DNA from: Vicugna vicugna
Taxonomy: Eukaryota
Reading direction: 5' to 3'
NCBI GenBank assembly: GCA_013265495.1
Contig: MU058213.1
Location: forward strand, 186,001 to 250,000
DNA: 64,000 bases
The translations under genes were made by a program, and so were the position numbers. Below are positions 10,631 to 22,500 of this stretch, piece after piece (positions within the stretch are counted from its first letter, which is position 1; every line of letters starts with the position of its first letter). Under the pieces are notes generated by a model. The model did not search any database. It worked only from the letters and a program-made list of their open reading frames with translations, and was not told where the DNA came from.

Positions 10631-13600
10631 GATTTCCAGTCAAGATGGCAGAGTGGTAGGACCACGAGCTCACCTCTCCTCGCAAATACAACGAAACCAC
10701 AACTGACTGCGAGATAACCATCAAAAAAAAACAGTAGACCTAGCAGAAAAGATCTTCTGCAACAGTAAACATAAAGAGGGAACCACAGCCGGAAGGTAGG
10801 AGGGGCGTGCGCACAATATAATTGGGCCCCATACCCCTAGGGTGGGCGACCCACAAGCTGAAGGATAGTTTAGTTGCAGGGGCCCTTCCATAGGAGTGAA
10901 AGGTCTGAGCCCCACATCAGGCTCTCCAGCCCGAGGTTCCAACACTGTGGGGAGGAGGAGACCCCAGGACATCTGGTTTTGAAGGCCAGGGCTGCTTGAC
11001 TCTGAGGAGCCCCACGGGACTGGGGGAAACAGACTCCATTCGCTTGAGAAGCGTACACAGAAACTTACGTGCACCAGCAGTGATTTCATAGGAAACTGGG
11101 CCAGACCTGCCTGCTGGATTTGGAGGGTCTCCTGGGGACGTAGGGGACAGCTGCGGCTCACCCTGGGGACCTAAAAGCTAGTGGCTGACATTCAGGAGTG
11201 TTCATCTATATGAGCTTTCCTGGAGGCTGACATCTTAATTGGACCATTAGCACCAAGACCTAGCCCCACCCAGCCTGTAGGGAAGCCTCAGGCCAAACAA
11301 CATACAGGGTGGGAACACAGCCCCACCCATCAGCAGACTTCCTAAGTCACAAAGGCATCTAGACACAGCCCTACCCACCAGAGGCCCAGGACCAAACCTC
11401 ACCCAGCAGTGCGCAGGCACTGGCTCCTCCTGCCAGGAAACCTGCAAAAGCCTCTAGTCCAGCCTCGTCCACCAGAGGCAGATACTACAAACAAGAAAAC
11501 AACAATCCCAAAGCCTGTGGAAGGAATCCACATAACTGGCCAGACTCTCCACTGGGACAGGCTGGACCCTCGCCCTTGGGTGACAACTGCTGGGATGCAA
11601 AGGACGTCTCCCACAGAGGCCACCTCTCCAGGGTCAAGAAACGTAACTAACTTAACCTGAAAATAAAAAGATAGACAATATGAGGCAGCAAAAGAATATC
11701 TCCCAGGCCAAGGTACAAGATAAAATCCCAGAAGAAGTAGTAAGTGATGAGGAGATTGCCTTTCTCAGATAGATTTCCTGAGAAATAGTTTAATGATGGC
11801 CAAGATGTTCAGAGAACTCAAGAGGAGTACAGATGCACAGAGTGAAGTTTTTAGCCAAGAGTTAGAAAATACAAAGAATACCCAGAGTTGAAGAATAAAA
11901 TCACTGAAGTGAGTAACACACTAGAAGGAACCAAGAATAGACTAAATGAGGCAGAAAAACAGATCAGTGAGCTAGAAGACAGATTAGTGGAAATTACTAC
12001 TTCACAACAGAAAAAAGAAAAAAGAATGAAAAGAAATGAGGATAATTTAAAGGAACTCTGGGACAACATGAAGTGCTTTAATATTTGCATTATTGGGGTC
12101 CCAGAAAGAGGAGAGAGAGAGAAAGAACCTGAGAAAAATTTTGGAGAGATAGTCACTGAAAACTTCCCCAACTTGGGAAAGAAACAGTCACCCAAGTCCT
12201 CAAAGTGCAGAGAGTACCACACAGAATCAACCCAAAGAGGAACACACCAAGGCACATAGTCATCAAACTGACAAAAATTAAGGAAAAGGAGAAAATATTA
12301 AAATTACTAAGAGAAAAGCAACAAATAACATACAAGGGAACTCCCACAGGGTCATCAGCTGATTTTTCAGCACAAACTCTACAGGCCAGAAGCGAGTGGC
12401 ACGATGTATTTAAAGTGATGATGGGGGAAACTTACAACCAAGAATACTCTATCCAGCAAGGCTCTCGTTCAGACTTGATGGAGATATCAGAAGCTTCACA
12501 GGTAAACAAAAGCTAAAAGGTTTCAGCACCACCAAACCAGCTTTACAACAAATGTTAAAGGACCTTCTCTAGTCATCAAACCATAAGAAAAGAGAAAAGA
12601 AGAAAGAGGGAAAAAAAGAAAAAAAGAACCCTACAAAACATTGCTTTGGGCTGTTTGGGGTCTTTTGTAGTTCCTTATAAATTTTGGAATTGTCTGTTCT
12701 AGTTCTGTGAGGAATGTCGTGAGTATTTTGATGGGGGTTGTGTTGGATCTGTGGTTTGCTTTGGGGAGTGTGGCCATTTTGATAGTGTTGATTCTTCCAA
12801 GCCCAAGAGCACAAGAAATCTTTCCATTTCTTTGTGTCATTTCGGCTTTCAGAGGATAGGTAACCTCCTTGGTTAAGTTTATTTCTAGGTATTTTGTTGT
12901 TTTTGATGAAATGGAAATGTCGCTGCTAGTTATAAAATTCTGGTTTTTGAGGTGGAAAAAAGAAGTGAATGAAGGGCTGCAAATGGCAAAATGTCCTTCT
13001 TTTTTATAGGTGAATTGTATTCCATTACCTATATGTATGCTGCATCTTATTTATCTATTTCAACTACTGATGTGCACTTAGGATGTTTCCATATCTTGGC
13101 AATTGTAAATAATGTTGCTGTTAATAGCAAGGTGTATGAATCTTTCTGAATTAATTCTTATTTTGTGGTTGGCTTTATTCCTTTGATAACTATGTAAGTC
13201 TAAAAAGCTGAAGTTCTAAACCTTCTTAGAAACAATGAACAGTACATGTATGTAAATTTTAAAATATATGTGCAGTAAAAAACAAAAAAGGAAAAGAAAT
13301 GAGCTATCAAGCCATGAGAGACATGGAAGACATATTACTAAGTGAAAGAAGCCAGTCTGAAAAGGCTACAAACTGTACGATTCCAATTAAATGACATTCT
13401 GGAAAAGGCAAAGCTACAGAAACAATAAAAAGATCATGGTTTCCAGGGGTTTGGGGAGAGGGAGGGAGGAAGGGATGAATAGATGGAGCACAAGGGGCTT
13501 TTAGGGCAATGAAATTATTCTCTATGATACTATAGTGGTGGCTACATGTCACTACGCATTTGTCAAAAGCCACAGAATGTAGAACATCAAGAGTGAATCC

Positions 13601-14425
13601 TAATGTAAACTATGGATTTTGGTGATGATAATGTGCTCATGTTGGTTCATTGACTGTACCAAATATGCCACAGTGATGAGGGATGTTGAGGGTAGGGGAG
13701 TATGTATGTGTGGGTGGGGAGGGCTATGTGGGAACTCTGTATTTTCTGCTCAATTCTGCTGTGAACCTGAAACTGCTCTAAAAAAGCCTATTAAGTAAAA
13801 ATAGACTTACCATATGATCCAGCAATCCCACTCCTGGGCATAGATCCAGAAGGAACCCTACTTCATAAAGACACCTGCACCCCAATGTTCATAGCAGCAC
13901 TATTTACAGTAGCCAAGACACAGAACTAGCCTAAATGTCCATCGACAGATGACTGGATAAAGAAGTTGTGGTATATTTATATAATGGAATACTATTCAGC
14001 CATAAAATGACAACATAATGCCATTTACAGCAACATGGATGTCCCTGGAGAATGTCATTCTAAGTGAAATAAGCCAGAAAGAGAAAGAAAAGTGCCATAT
14101 ATCACTCACGTGTGGAATCTTAAAAAAAATGACAAATGAACTTAAATATAAAACAAACAGACTCACAAACAATACAAACTTGTGGTTGCCAAGGGATTTT
14201 GTAGGTGGGAAGGGACAGACTGGAAGTTTGAGATTTGTAGATACTGACAGGTATATGTAGAATAGATAAACAAGATTATACTGTATAGCACAGGGAAATA
14301 CATACAAGATCTTGTAGTAGCTCACAGGGAAAAGGAATGTATGTACATTCATATATGACTGAAAAATTGTGCTGTACACCAGAAATTGACACATTGTAAA
14401 CCAACTGTAACTCAATAAAAAAAAA
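10631..14425 (+). mobile_element. Composite L1-derived insertion (5'UTR + ORF1 + captured older DNA + young L1 3' end + poly(A)); HAL1-like
   Basis: 14-bp TSD aatactttgcacct at 10617-10630 and 14426-14439; begins with L1 5' motif caagatggc; ends with aataaaa and an A-run. Confidence 0.85.
11680..12572 (+). pseudogene. L1 ORF1 (disrupted) within the composite element
   Basis: ATG at 11680 (MRQQKNISQAKVQDK); ORFs 11888..12259 (coiled coil, NICIIGVPE) and 12205..12516 (QRVPHRINPKRNTPRHIVIKL...SADFS); TAG at 12570-12572; frameshifts present. Confidence 0.9.
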
Positions 14426-14720
14426 AATACTTTGCACCTAATTCCTTACACAGCCCTGTTAGTAGCCCCACTCTCCACACGATGTTTTCTGAATAGGAGA
14501 CAACACCAAGGTCATTCCAGCTAGCCCGATTCCTATGACCATACATACTCACCTCAGCAAGGTGGCCAGATATTCTAGTTAACTCTTAGAATTGTATTCA
14601 TTCTAAGTATTTCTCCATTTTTAACCCGTGAAAAAACATTCACTGGATTTACTGGTTAAAGCAACTCCAGGAAAGCATTCTGTCACAGTGCACTGAAAAT
14701 CGCAGACTTAACTCACTTAC

Positions 14721-14773
14721 CATGAATGAGGCTGTTTCCAGGGGATATTAACGTGTCCCAGAGGCATACATTT
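14721..14773 (-). CDS. DMXL2: DMXL2 exon (RNVCLWDTLISPGNSLIHG)
   Basis: ttattag|A ... CATG|gtaagt; 53 nt, phase 2-1. Confidence 0.95.
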
Positions 14774-15439
14774 CTAATAAACAGCAACAGAAATACATCA
14801 TAAACAACTGTGCTAAGTCATCACTAGGGGTACACTTGTCACCTCCAGTATCTTTACTTATTCAGTCTCACATTTGTTTGTTCGCTCACATTTATAAAGC
14901 AGTGATTCTCGACTAGGATGAAGGTAGATGCTTGGACAGGGGTGTACCTCTTCCCAGAAGTTTATCCTTTTCAAACTACAGGCTTGTGACTCACATGAGC
15001 CCACCTGACTCTGCCCCACCTCATCCCCCAGCCGTGCCTCTTCCATGACCACTCCAGGGAGACATGATTTCCTGAGTAGAAGAGGTGCTTCTCTACCCCC
15101 GCGGTAACCACTGCAGGGAAATGAGGGGCGTTGCTCATGGGCACGTGTTGCTAAGGAAACAAGGTGAGGCAAAGAAAATGTTGAGCATGATGCTCAAAAC
15201 CTGACAGTATTGACAGCAATAAAAAATACCTTTAACATAAAAATTCCACATGCTTATTAATAGATTACATTTGGAGGAATTTTGGTCTTTTTGGTAAGGA
15301 AAACTCTTGAAGAATTACGTAACAAAGTTTTTGTATTCCTGCCGTAGAAAACCTCGACCAAACCGAAATCCACTCCATTGAGCAAGAATACCTTTCTGCC
15401 TAAAATATGCTTATTTCTTTTTTGCTTCGGTCAACCTAC

Positions 15440-15531
15440 CTGTTGTCATTGGACTGTCCAGATGTAGCAACTAGACTTGAAGAGGTAACAAATGCAAAGT
15501 CACTTGTGGCTTTAGTGTGGCACTGCCAACT
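15440..15531 (-). CDS. DMXL2: DMXL2 exon (SWQCHTKATSDFAFVTSSSLVATSGQSNDNR)
   Basis: ttccatag|AGT ... AG|gtaggt; 92 nt, phase 0-2. Confidence 0.95.
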
Positions 15532-16704
15532 CTATGGAAACAAAGTACAGCTCATGTTAGCTCAAAATCCAGCAAAATGTGGTAGAGTACACACACAGCT
15601 CTGCTACTCATATACTCCATGCATGAGCAAAGAGCACTTTTTACAAATCTAGAATAAAGAATAAGTGGTAAGAGGATTAGCTGTCATCTGTGTATTATTT
15701 GGCTAATACCCAATAATTTTTTAAAAATAGAAGATTTGGTAAAAACATGGAATTAAAGGTTATGTTTTTTAGATTATGTAACAAAGGAATAAAATATCAA
15801 GTACAGGAACTTAACCAAGCAATTTAGTTCTATTAAGGGCTCAGACAACTTTTCTGCTAATTATCTAAAATACATTTAATAAGCTTTAAATAATATTAAA
15901 TCATAATATTCAACCACTACCCAAAGAGGAAATGCTCATACTTGCCCATCTAGTCTTAGACGTGAAGGACTCCAGTCAAATTAACTTTGTCATCTAAAAT
16001 ACAAGTATCCACCTTCCTTACCACCTCTGTGCGCCCTGCCCTCATCCCAGATGAAGAGCAATTAAAAAAACAAGGTCAAAAGTGGTCCAGCAGACAATCC
16101 ACAGGTTTAAGGCTACCCAAAACAGCAGCTGAGGATGCTCCAGCACTATGGGGAGTCACCTACTGGACAGGCATGACTTTCCCTCTTGGATCAGGATGAA
16201 CAGAAATTTGGAGGTGAGGACCCAGGAGGAGGATGTCAGGCAGTTTACAATAAAATAGACATTTTTCTGTTTGGAATTATCATGGTATAGATATGGCTGA
16301 AGGCAAAAGGACACGTTGAAGATTATTTCCATTTCTGTAAAAACTTTATGATCCAGTCTATAGTGTACTAATTTAAAATATCTGGTGTCATATGCATAAT
16401 TAAGAACACGTATAGAGGCTAGAAAAGAAAACTAAGATCGGAAGTTCTGCACAGAACAGCACCACCTTCTGCCCCCTCCATGTGTCCCAACCCCACCAAG
16501 CACAGATGTGCTTGTCCACATCACCACGTATTCTAACATGGTTTGCATGAATGAATGAAGTGGACTCCTGCGACTGGTTGTTTTGTGGTCTAGTAGGCAA
16601 CATTCTGCAGCAAACTGGCAACATGGAATCTGCTGGTATTTAATACAGTACGTCAAATGAACCACTATTAAACTCTATCATTAAGAAGTTAAGAGTCTTC
16701 CAGC

Positions 16705-16817
16705 AACCTATAGTGAAAAGGAATATGCCTGTGTACACGTATGACGGAAACACTGTGCTGTACACCAGAAATTGACACTCACTGTAAACTGACTATACCT
16801 CAATGGAAAAAAAAAAG
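16705..16817 (+). mobile_element. Short 5'-truncated L1 3' end
   Basis: tgtgctgtacaccagaaattgacac...tgtaaactgactatac plus an A-run, the same terminus type as at 54840-54890. Confidence 0.8.
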
Positions 16818-17092
16818 TTTCCAAAACAGATAAAAGTGTAACAAAAACATCCTAAGTAGGACCACACGTAGGGAAAGCTCCTACAATGTTTCAAATATAA
16901 TGGTCGCCCTTCAAGCGTAAAAGGGCAGCGGTTTTTACTTTTTAGTCAGTTCACTCTAAAACTAGGGCAACGGCAGATGCTGGGCTGTGGCCGCTGGGCA
17001 GAACGGGCCCTTCCCCCACACACCCACCAGTGGGCTCACAAACAAGGCAGCCTCTGGGCGTGCTCTGGGAATGCTGAGTGATACTTACTTAC

Positions 17093-17170
17093 CATGTAAG
17101 GTTTAGGATTTGATGCAGTTTGGTTTACTTGCCAGATACTCAGAAAACCCTCTCCATCTGCAACACCACA
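17093..17170 (-). CDS. DMXL2: DMXL2 exon (CGVADGEGFLSIWQVNQTASNPKPYM)
   Basis: cttacag|TGT ... ATG|gtaagt; 78 nt, phase 0-0. Confidence 0.95.
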
Positions 17171-17689
17171 CTGTAAGAATGGTGTAAATATTAAACACAG
17201 CCTCTGATCTTCATATCAAAGGTAAAAATCATTTCTGAAAAGGAGTCACTCAGTCCCCACTTAACATTCTGACTATAACTGCTGCAGTTCTCAAGAAAAT
17301 CCATGTACTATAAATATCCTGCCACTTTTAAAATGCTTTTTTCTACGCCTATCTCATTGTTTTCCTCTAAACTTCTCTAGAGGAACTTAGTAAGAAACCG
17401 AGGGTTTCTCTGAGGTGCCTGACTGTGTGCACAGGCACCGTCACCACACTCAACAGAAACAGGGTTCTTTACCCTCCCAGAGTATTGAGAATCTGTAAGT
17501 GGATGATTAATTCACAGAAAATTCTGTGGATTTACACTTTTATTGGCAGCCAAGGGGCTATACAAACACTACCAAACTGCCTGCTCTGCTTAAATCCGGA
17601 GTGACTGAATTTGTTTTTAGATGTAGTTTTACTCATAAATATCTACCATTATGTTCAGAGGAATTTAGCAGCAACCCCCAGGAACTAAC

Positions 17690-17817
17690 CTTGTTGCCTT
17701 GTGAATTAAAATATAACCTGGTAACTCTTGCATTGCCGGCCTGGCGGAAACAGACAAGCTGCTGAGGTCGTGTCCATTCAAACATGCGTACGCTGCCGTC
17801 CTGAGCACCTGTAAGAT
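17690..17817 (-). CDS. DMXL2: DMXL2 exon (YLTGAQDGSVRMFEWTRPQQ...FNSQGNK)
   Basis: tctcag|AT ... AAG|gttagt; 128 nt, phase 1-0. Confidence 0.96.
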
Positions 17818-17944
17818 CTGAGACAAAAGGAACAGCAGAAAATAAGAAAGATAAAGAACGAATTCCAATACTTCCCATTCTATAAGCCAACTTCAGAGTG
17901 ACAGAGGCCACTTACAATCCCTGGATCATAAATAAAATACTTAC

Positions 17945-18005
17945 AGTACTGATGGACGGGGTGTGAGGTCATTCTCTTAACGTTATGCAGATTCCTTTTC
18001 ATAAG
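17945..18005 (-). CDS. DMXL2: DMXL2 exon (LMKRNLHNVKRMTSHPVHQY)
   Basis: ttttaaag|CTT ... TACT|gtaagt; 61 nt, phase 0-1. Confidence 0.95.
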
Positions 18006-18661
18006 CTTTAAAAGAAGACAAAAAATGAACTTACACTGTGCACCACAGAAGAGATGAGGAAGGGTATGCTTCAGGCCAACTCTAATTCTCAGAACATTTC
18101 TTCTCTTACAACTGGTTTATTACTGCAATAAACCCTCTTGCGGATTTTCAGACCCACTTAACACGTGACTCCGGTCTGAACAGGCTGCGGGAGCAGAGTC
18201 ACTCCCTGGTGCGGCCCTGGCCTGTGTGGACTGTGAGGAGGCCCAGCCGCTTCCTCTAGTGACAAAGGGACCTCTCCCTCAAGTGCCCCTCCCGGAGGAC
18301 ACACAGGAGCACCTCCAGACTCTTCAGCGCAGAACACAGGAAGGGGACCCCGACTGCAGTGACTGACGACGGTACTGGCGCACGCTTTCAAGCTCTTCTA
18401 GCGGGCGCCAGTTCCCCTCCGTCTCCACTCCACCACTTTGTGCCTCTCACTTTGCTCATCTATAAAACGATGATGGGGGTGACGACAGCACCTACCACCT
18501 CGGAGTGTGAGAAAAGCACGCACCCGACACCCAGAAACTCCCCGCATGCCAGCTGTCACCATGACGCTGCCCATCATCATCAGCTCCATTTCTAGGTCAC
18601 AGTGATTTGAACTTATGTTTGAGCGAGTCCACATCCAGACACCTAACAGTAAATGACATAC

Positions 18662-18794
18662 CACACTGGCTCCGGTGCTGGTCTGCCCACTGCCCAGCCA
18701 CGGCAGAGAGGAAGGCGGATGCACCTGGCTTGCCGAGGCCGCGCTGGGCTGATAAAGAGTTGTAGTGGAACCACGGTAATCGATATCATCTGAA
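18662..18794 (-). CDS. DMXL2: DMXL2 exon (SSDDIDYRGSTTTLYQP...LPWLGSGQTSTGASV)
   Basis: ttccacag|T ... GTG|gtatgt; 133 nt, phase 2-0. Confidence 0.95.
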
Positions 18795-19936
18795 CTGTGG
18801 AAAACAGTCGTGTGTTACTGTGACAGTTTCATTTTCTCAACACGTATTTCAATTACAGAGCTTTTTATGTACCCAAAGGACAGTCCTTATTTAAAAAAAA
18901 AAAGAATAAATATCCATGGGAAAAACTTAGTTACAAGTCCTAATCACAGTGAATTTTCGTACTGGTTAACTTTTTCCCCTTTGGGCAAAAATAATGTTCA
19001 AGGGAACTTTACTGCTGCACGAGTTGGAACAAATGTTTGTTTTAAAGTATTTAACAGATTTCCTTCTTATCCTATATAGAAAAAGATTCTATGTTCCCTT
19101 CAAGTACGGATATCCCATGTATGAAATTCATACATTTTAAAGAAATTTGAGTTTTAGGATTTCTCAAAGTAAGGTACTAATTGTCACAAAAATGTTAAAG
19201 TAATTTTTATTTTATCACATTACATGGTTACATCTACTCTGAAGTATGACAGTGAGCCTAGTTATATTATATACTAACAAGATAGAAAACTCAACAGAAC
19301 AATGAAAGAGGCTATCATGGCACCATTCCCAGCACAGAAAGTGTCTAAGAGTCTGGAGAAAAGCAAGAGGCGGGCAGGCGTGGAGGAGAAATCCCCAAAC
19401 AAAAAAGTGTCACTGCATTCTTGGTGCGGTGTCCACAGTTTTACTGAAAAGTAAAGCTGTCTACGTTTTTATCTGTAAAAAAAGGTATGTTTTCTTTATA
19501 AGGAGCTAATCAAGAAGAAACACTGAAAATTACTCAGTAAACAGGATTCATCAATCAGTGTAATCAATATGTTGGTGTGTTCTGCCTTTCAGTCTGATCA
19601 TCCAGATCAGCCGAACTTACTGGATACTGTGTAACCTCTGACGTTTCTTTGAGGTTAAATGTCAAAGTGGCAGTTGTCAGCATTAGGCTCGGATGTTGAG
19701 TTCTGACTCAAACACTCGGAACAGTTCAGGGTCTAACAGAAGAAGCAGGAGTAACCTGTTCACTGATGTAAGCAGCGCCTTTTCTTGGCAGCTCAACCAG
19801 TTATGTCTGTGTCCTTACCAAATGAAGACAAAGATGCATACACTTTTCAAGGTCATTCAAATCACGTGTATATCCACTTAATTGGTCCTTTTTGAAGAAA
19901 ACTACATTTAAAGTTGATGACAGAAGGCAAACAAAC

Positions 19937-20058
19937 CTTTTGGATTCTCTGTCATATTCCTCCCCAATCCATATATATGACTGACAGGCCAGCAGAGAAG
20001 TTACATCGAGTTCTTGTACATCATGTGTTGAAGCCAAAACAATTTCATTACAGTTTGC
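19937..20058 (-). CDS. DMXL2: DMXL2 exon (ANCNEIVLASTHDVQELDV...EEYDRESK)
   Basis: tttacag|GCA ... AG|gtttgt; 122 nt, phase 0-2; preceded by an 84-nt intron. Confidence 0.95.
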
Positions 20059-20142
20059 CTGTAAAGCAAAGGCAGAGTCAATAATTTAAGCAGTTTCACT
20101 AAAACAAAGTATCACATTCTTTATAATGACTAAAGATTTCAC

Positions 20143-20229
20143 CTTATTCACAGAAAACGCCATGATCATATCCGATTCCTTATGGATGATTTTCGCCTTT
20201 CCACCCGGATAGCCCAGATCCGCTTCGAC
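20143..20229 (-). CDS. DMXL2: DMXL2 exon (VEADLGYPGGKAKIIHKESDMIMAFSVNK)
   Basis: ttgcag|GTC ... AAG|gtgaaa; 87 nt, phase 0-0. Confidence 0.96.
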
Positions 20230-21019
20230 CTGCAAGACATTTGTCAGAGGTTGTAGTTGCCGCAGCACCGCTCTGTACAGAGATATGAGCATCCCACAAA
20301 ATTTAAAGGAAGGACAAGAAGAAAATGTAGCAGCAGCAGCAACAAGAAAAAAAGTCCCAGTAAATTTAGTCTGTTGAAAATTAGCTTTGGAATTAGTTTA
20401 AATTCTCTGATGCCCTGTATTCACCCCAATTATAAAGATTTCCATGTTGATTACAGGAGACTGAGTAGCTATCACAAAAGATAGCTAGCATAATTTTCAC
20501 TAGTATTTGTAACAGGCATGTGTCTCTTTTATCTCTTCCAAAAGTGCAAAGATACTGCAGTAAGAAGGTGTACAGATTAGGAGGCACAGAGTAGAGGAAA
20601 AAGACACAGTCAGAAAGACAAAGGGGTCACATAAGAAAGGGAACGTTTTTAAGTAAGGGTGATGAGATGGGAATAAGAAGTTGGACAGAAGAACAGTTAG
20701 GAATGGAGGAGACTGATGAGAGGAAGATAAAATGCTTAGAGTCAAAGGGGACAGGAAGGAAAGATGAGGATCATGTTTAAGAACAGATGGGGGCAAGGGG
20801 CAGAAGTGAGGATGGAACAGGAAGCAAGGAGAAGGACCAACGGCAAGAAGGATCAAGCCGGACACAGCAGAGCAGCTCCCACCCTGTGCCACTGAGGTGT
20901 GTGTGGGCAGCGAGCACTGACTGGTGAGCCAGCAGGGCAGGGCCGGCTAGTATCAGAGCTGAGGGGTTAGCTCCTTGAACCTTAGAGAATGAGCTGGACA
21001 GAGGAGCGCGGAACACTAC

Positions 21020-21082
21020 CTTGACGCGGCAATCTTCTGCTACGCAGTTTTGTTTGACCTGCTCCACATGTTCTTCTATAGA
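21020..21082 (-). CDS. DMXL2: DMXL2 63-nt symmetric cassette exon (SIEEHVEQVKQNCVAEDCRVK)
   Basis: ttacttag|TCT ... AAG|gtagtg; 21 codons with no stop, phase 0-0 inside a phase-0 intron. Confidence 0.85.
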
Positions 21083-22340
21083 CTAAGTAACACCACACCG
21101 TCACAAACACAAAACACATGCATGAAACGAAATCACAAAAAGAATGAAAATTTTCAAACTGAAACTGTCGCTGCATCACTTAAAGACGGCAAAAATGAAT
21201 TTGCAAGCCTTAAAAATGAATCTAAAAGCACAAAATCAAGAAAGAAATTAAACTAAGTTAAATGTGATGTCATCAGATAAAACACAACACAAAGCAAAAC
21301 AGGCAAAATTAACATGACTGTTACATACATAAAAGCAATTTCAAAATAAAAATTCAGTATTTGTATATCCGTTACGCGACTTAAAGCTCTAACTTAAACT
21401 GTCATCTCAGAAAATAAAACCTACGTGTACGAGCAGATGCACTACATAGATTCTTACCCAATGAGGGTTTATTTCAAATTAAAAAAACTTACTTTTTTCT
21501 GAACACAGATTGGAAGCACTGATGATTTTTCACTCTTACTTATAAGGAATATATCCGTGTAGAGAGACTCAGGGGTTAGGAGTCACGTCAACCACTTACT
21601 ACAAATAATCGTACGATTTTTCTCCATGTAAGTCAGTGTTTGACGACATGCGGCACGGGAAAGAACGCTCACAAGTAACTTGCTCCCAGTTGATGGCAGG
21701 GCCAACGGGGATGGCTACGATCAGAAGTAGTGTTTTTGCTCTGCTGTGGAAGCCTCTGAAGGTTTGATCAGAGCAATACATTCCTCCTAACACCTCCTGA
21801 AATGCCTGCTCCTCTTTCAGCCAAAAGGGCCCAGTGCTCCATGCCGTCAGCGACAGCCCGCGGCGGACGGTGAAGGGCTGGCACGGCCCCGCTCGGCAAG
21901 AGCCACGCTGCCGAAGAACCTGCTTGCCCTAAACCACCAGTGGCGAAGTTTGCCACATTTGTCCTCTTCACAAAAACTTGTTTTGTGGACTATTCTTCTC
22001 TAACACATTCAATGAGTGAAAGCACCTTATGAACATATCTAAAATTTCAGCATTTCTCAGAATTTCATTTTTATTAAGTAATTTTTAAAAATCAGCCAAC
22101 GTTTTAGCATTCTTAGAATTTGGCCAATTTTACTAATTGATCAATTCACTGAATTTACCAAATTTTTTGATCACCAATATCCTATTTAATAATTTAAAAA
22201 GATAAAACATTCGTATTGGCTGAGCAGTTTTTTTTAAATTTTGCATATTTTTGAACTAAGTGACCAATTTTTATTTTGTCTTACCAGCTTTAACATTTTT
22301 TTCATAATTTTTTTTCCTACATGTAAACCTTTTTATCAGA

Positions 22341-22500
22341 TCTGTTCTATTCAATACAGTAGCTGATAACCACGTGTGGCTATTTAAACAAAATAAAAAA
22401 TTCAGTCCCTCAGTCACACTAGCCACATTGCAAGCGCTCAGTAACCACATGTGGCTGGTGACTATTTCCATTATCACAGAAAGTTCTATGGGACGGCCTG
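22341..22500. mobile_element. hAT-Charlie MITE (MER3/MER33-like)
   Basis: ccacgtgtggctatttaaa...tcagtcacactagccacatt...ccacatgtggctggtgac...ttccattatcacagaaagttctatggga. Confidence 0.75.
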
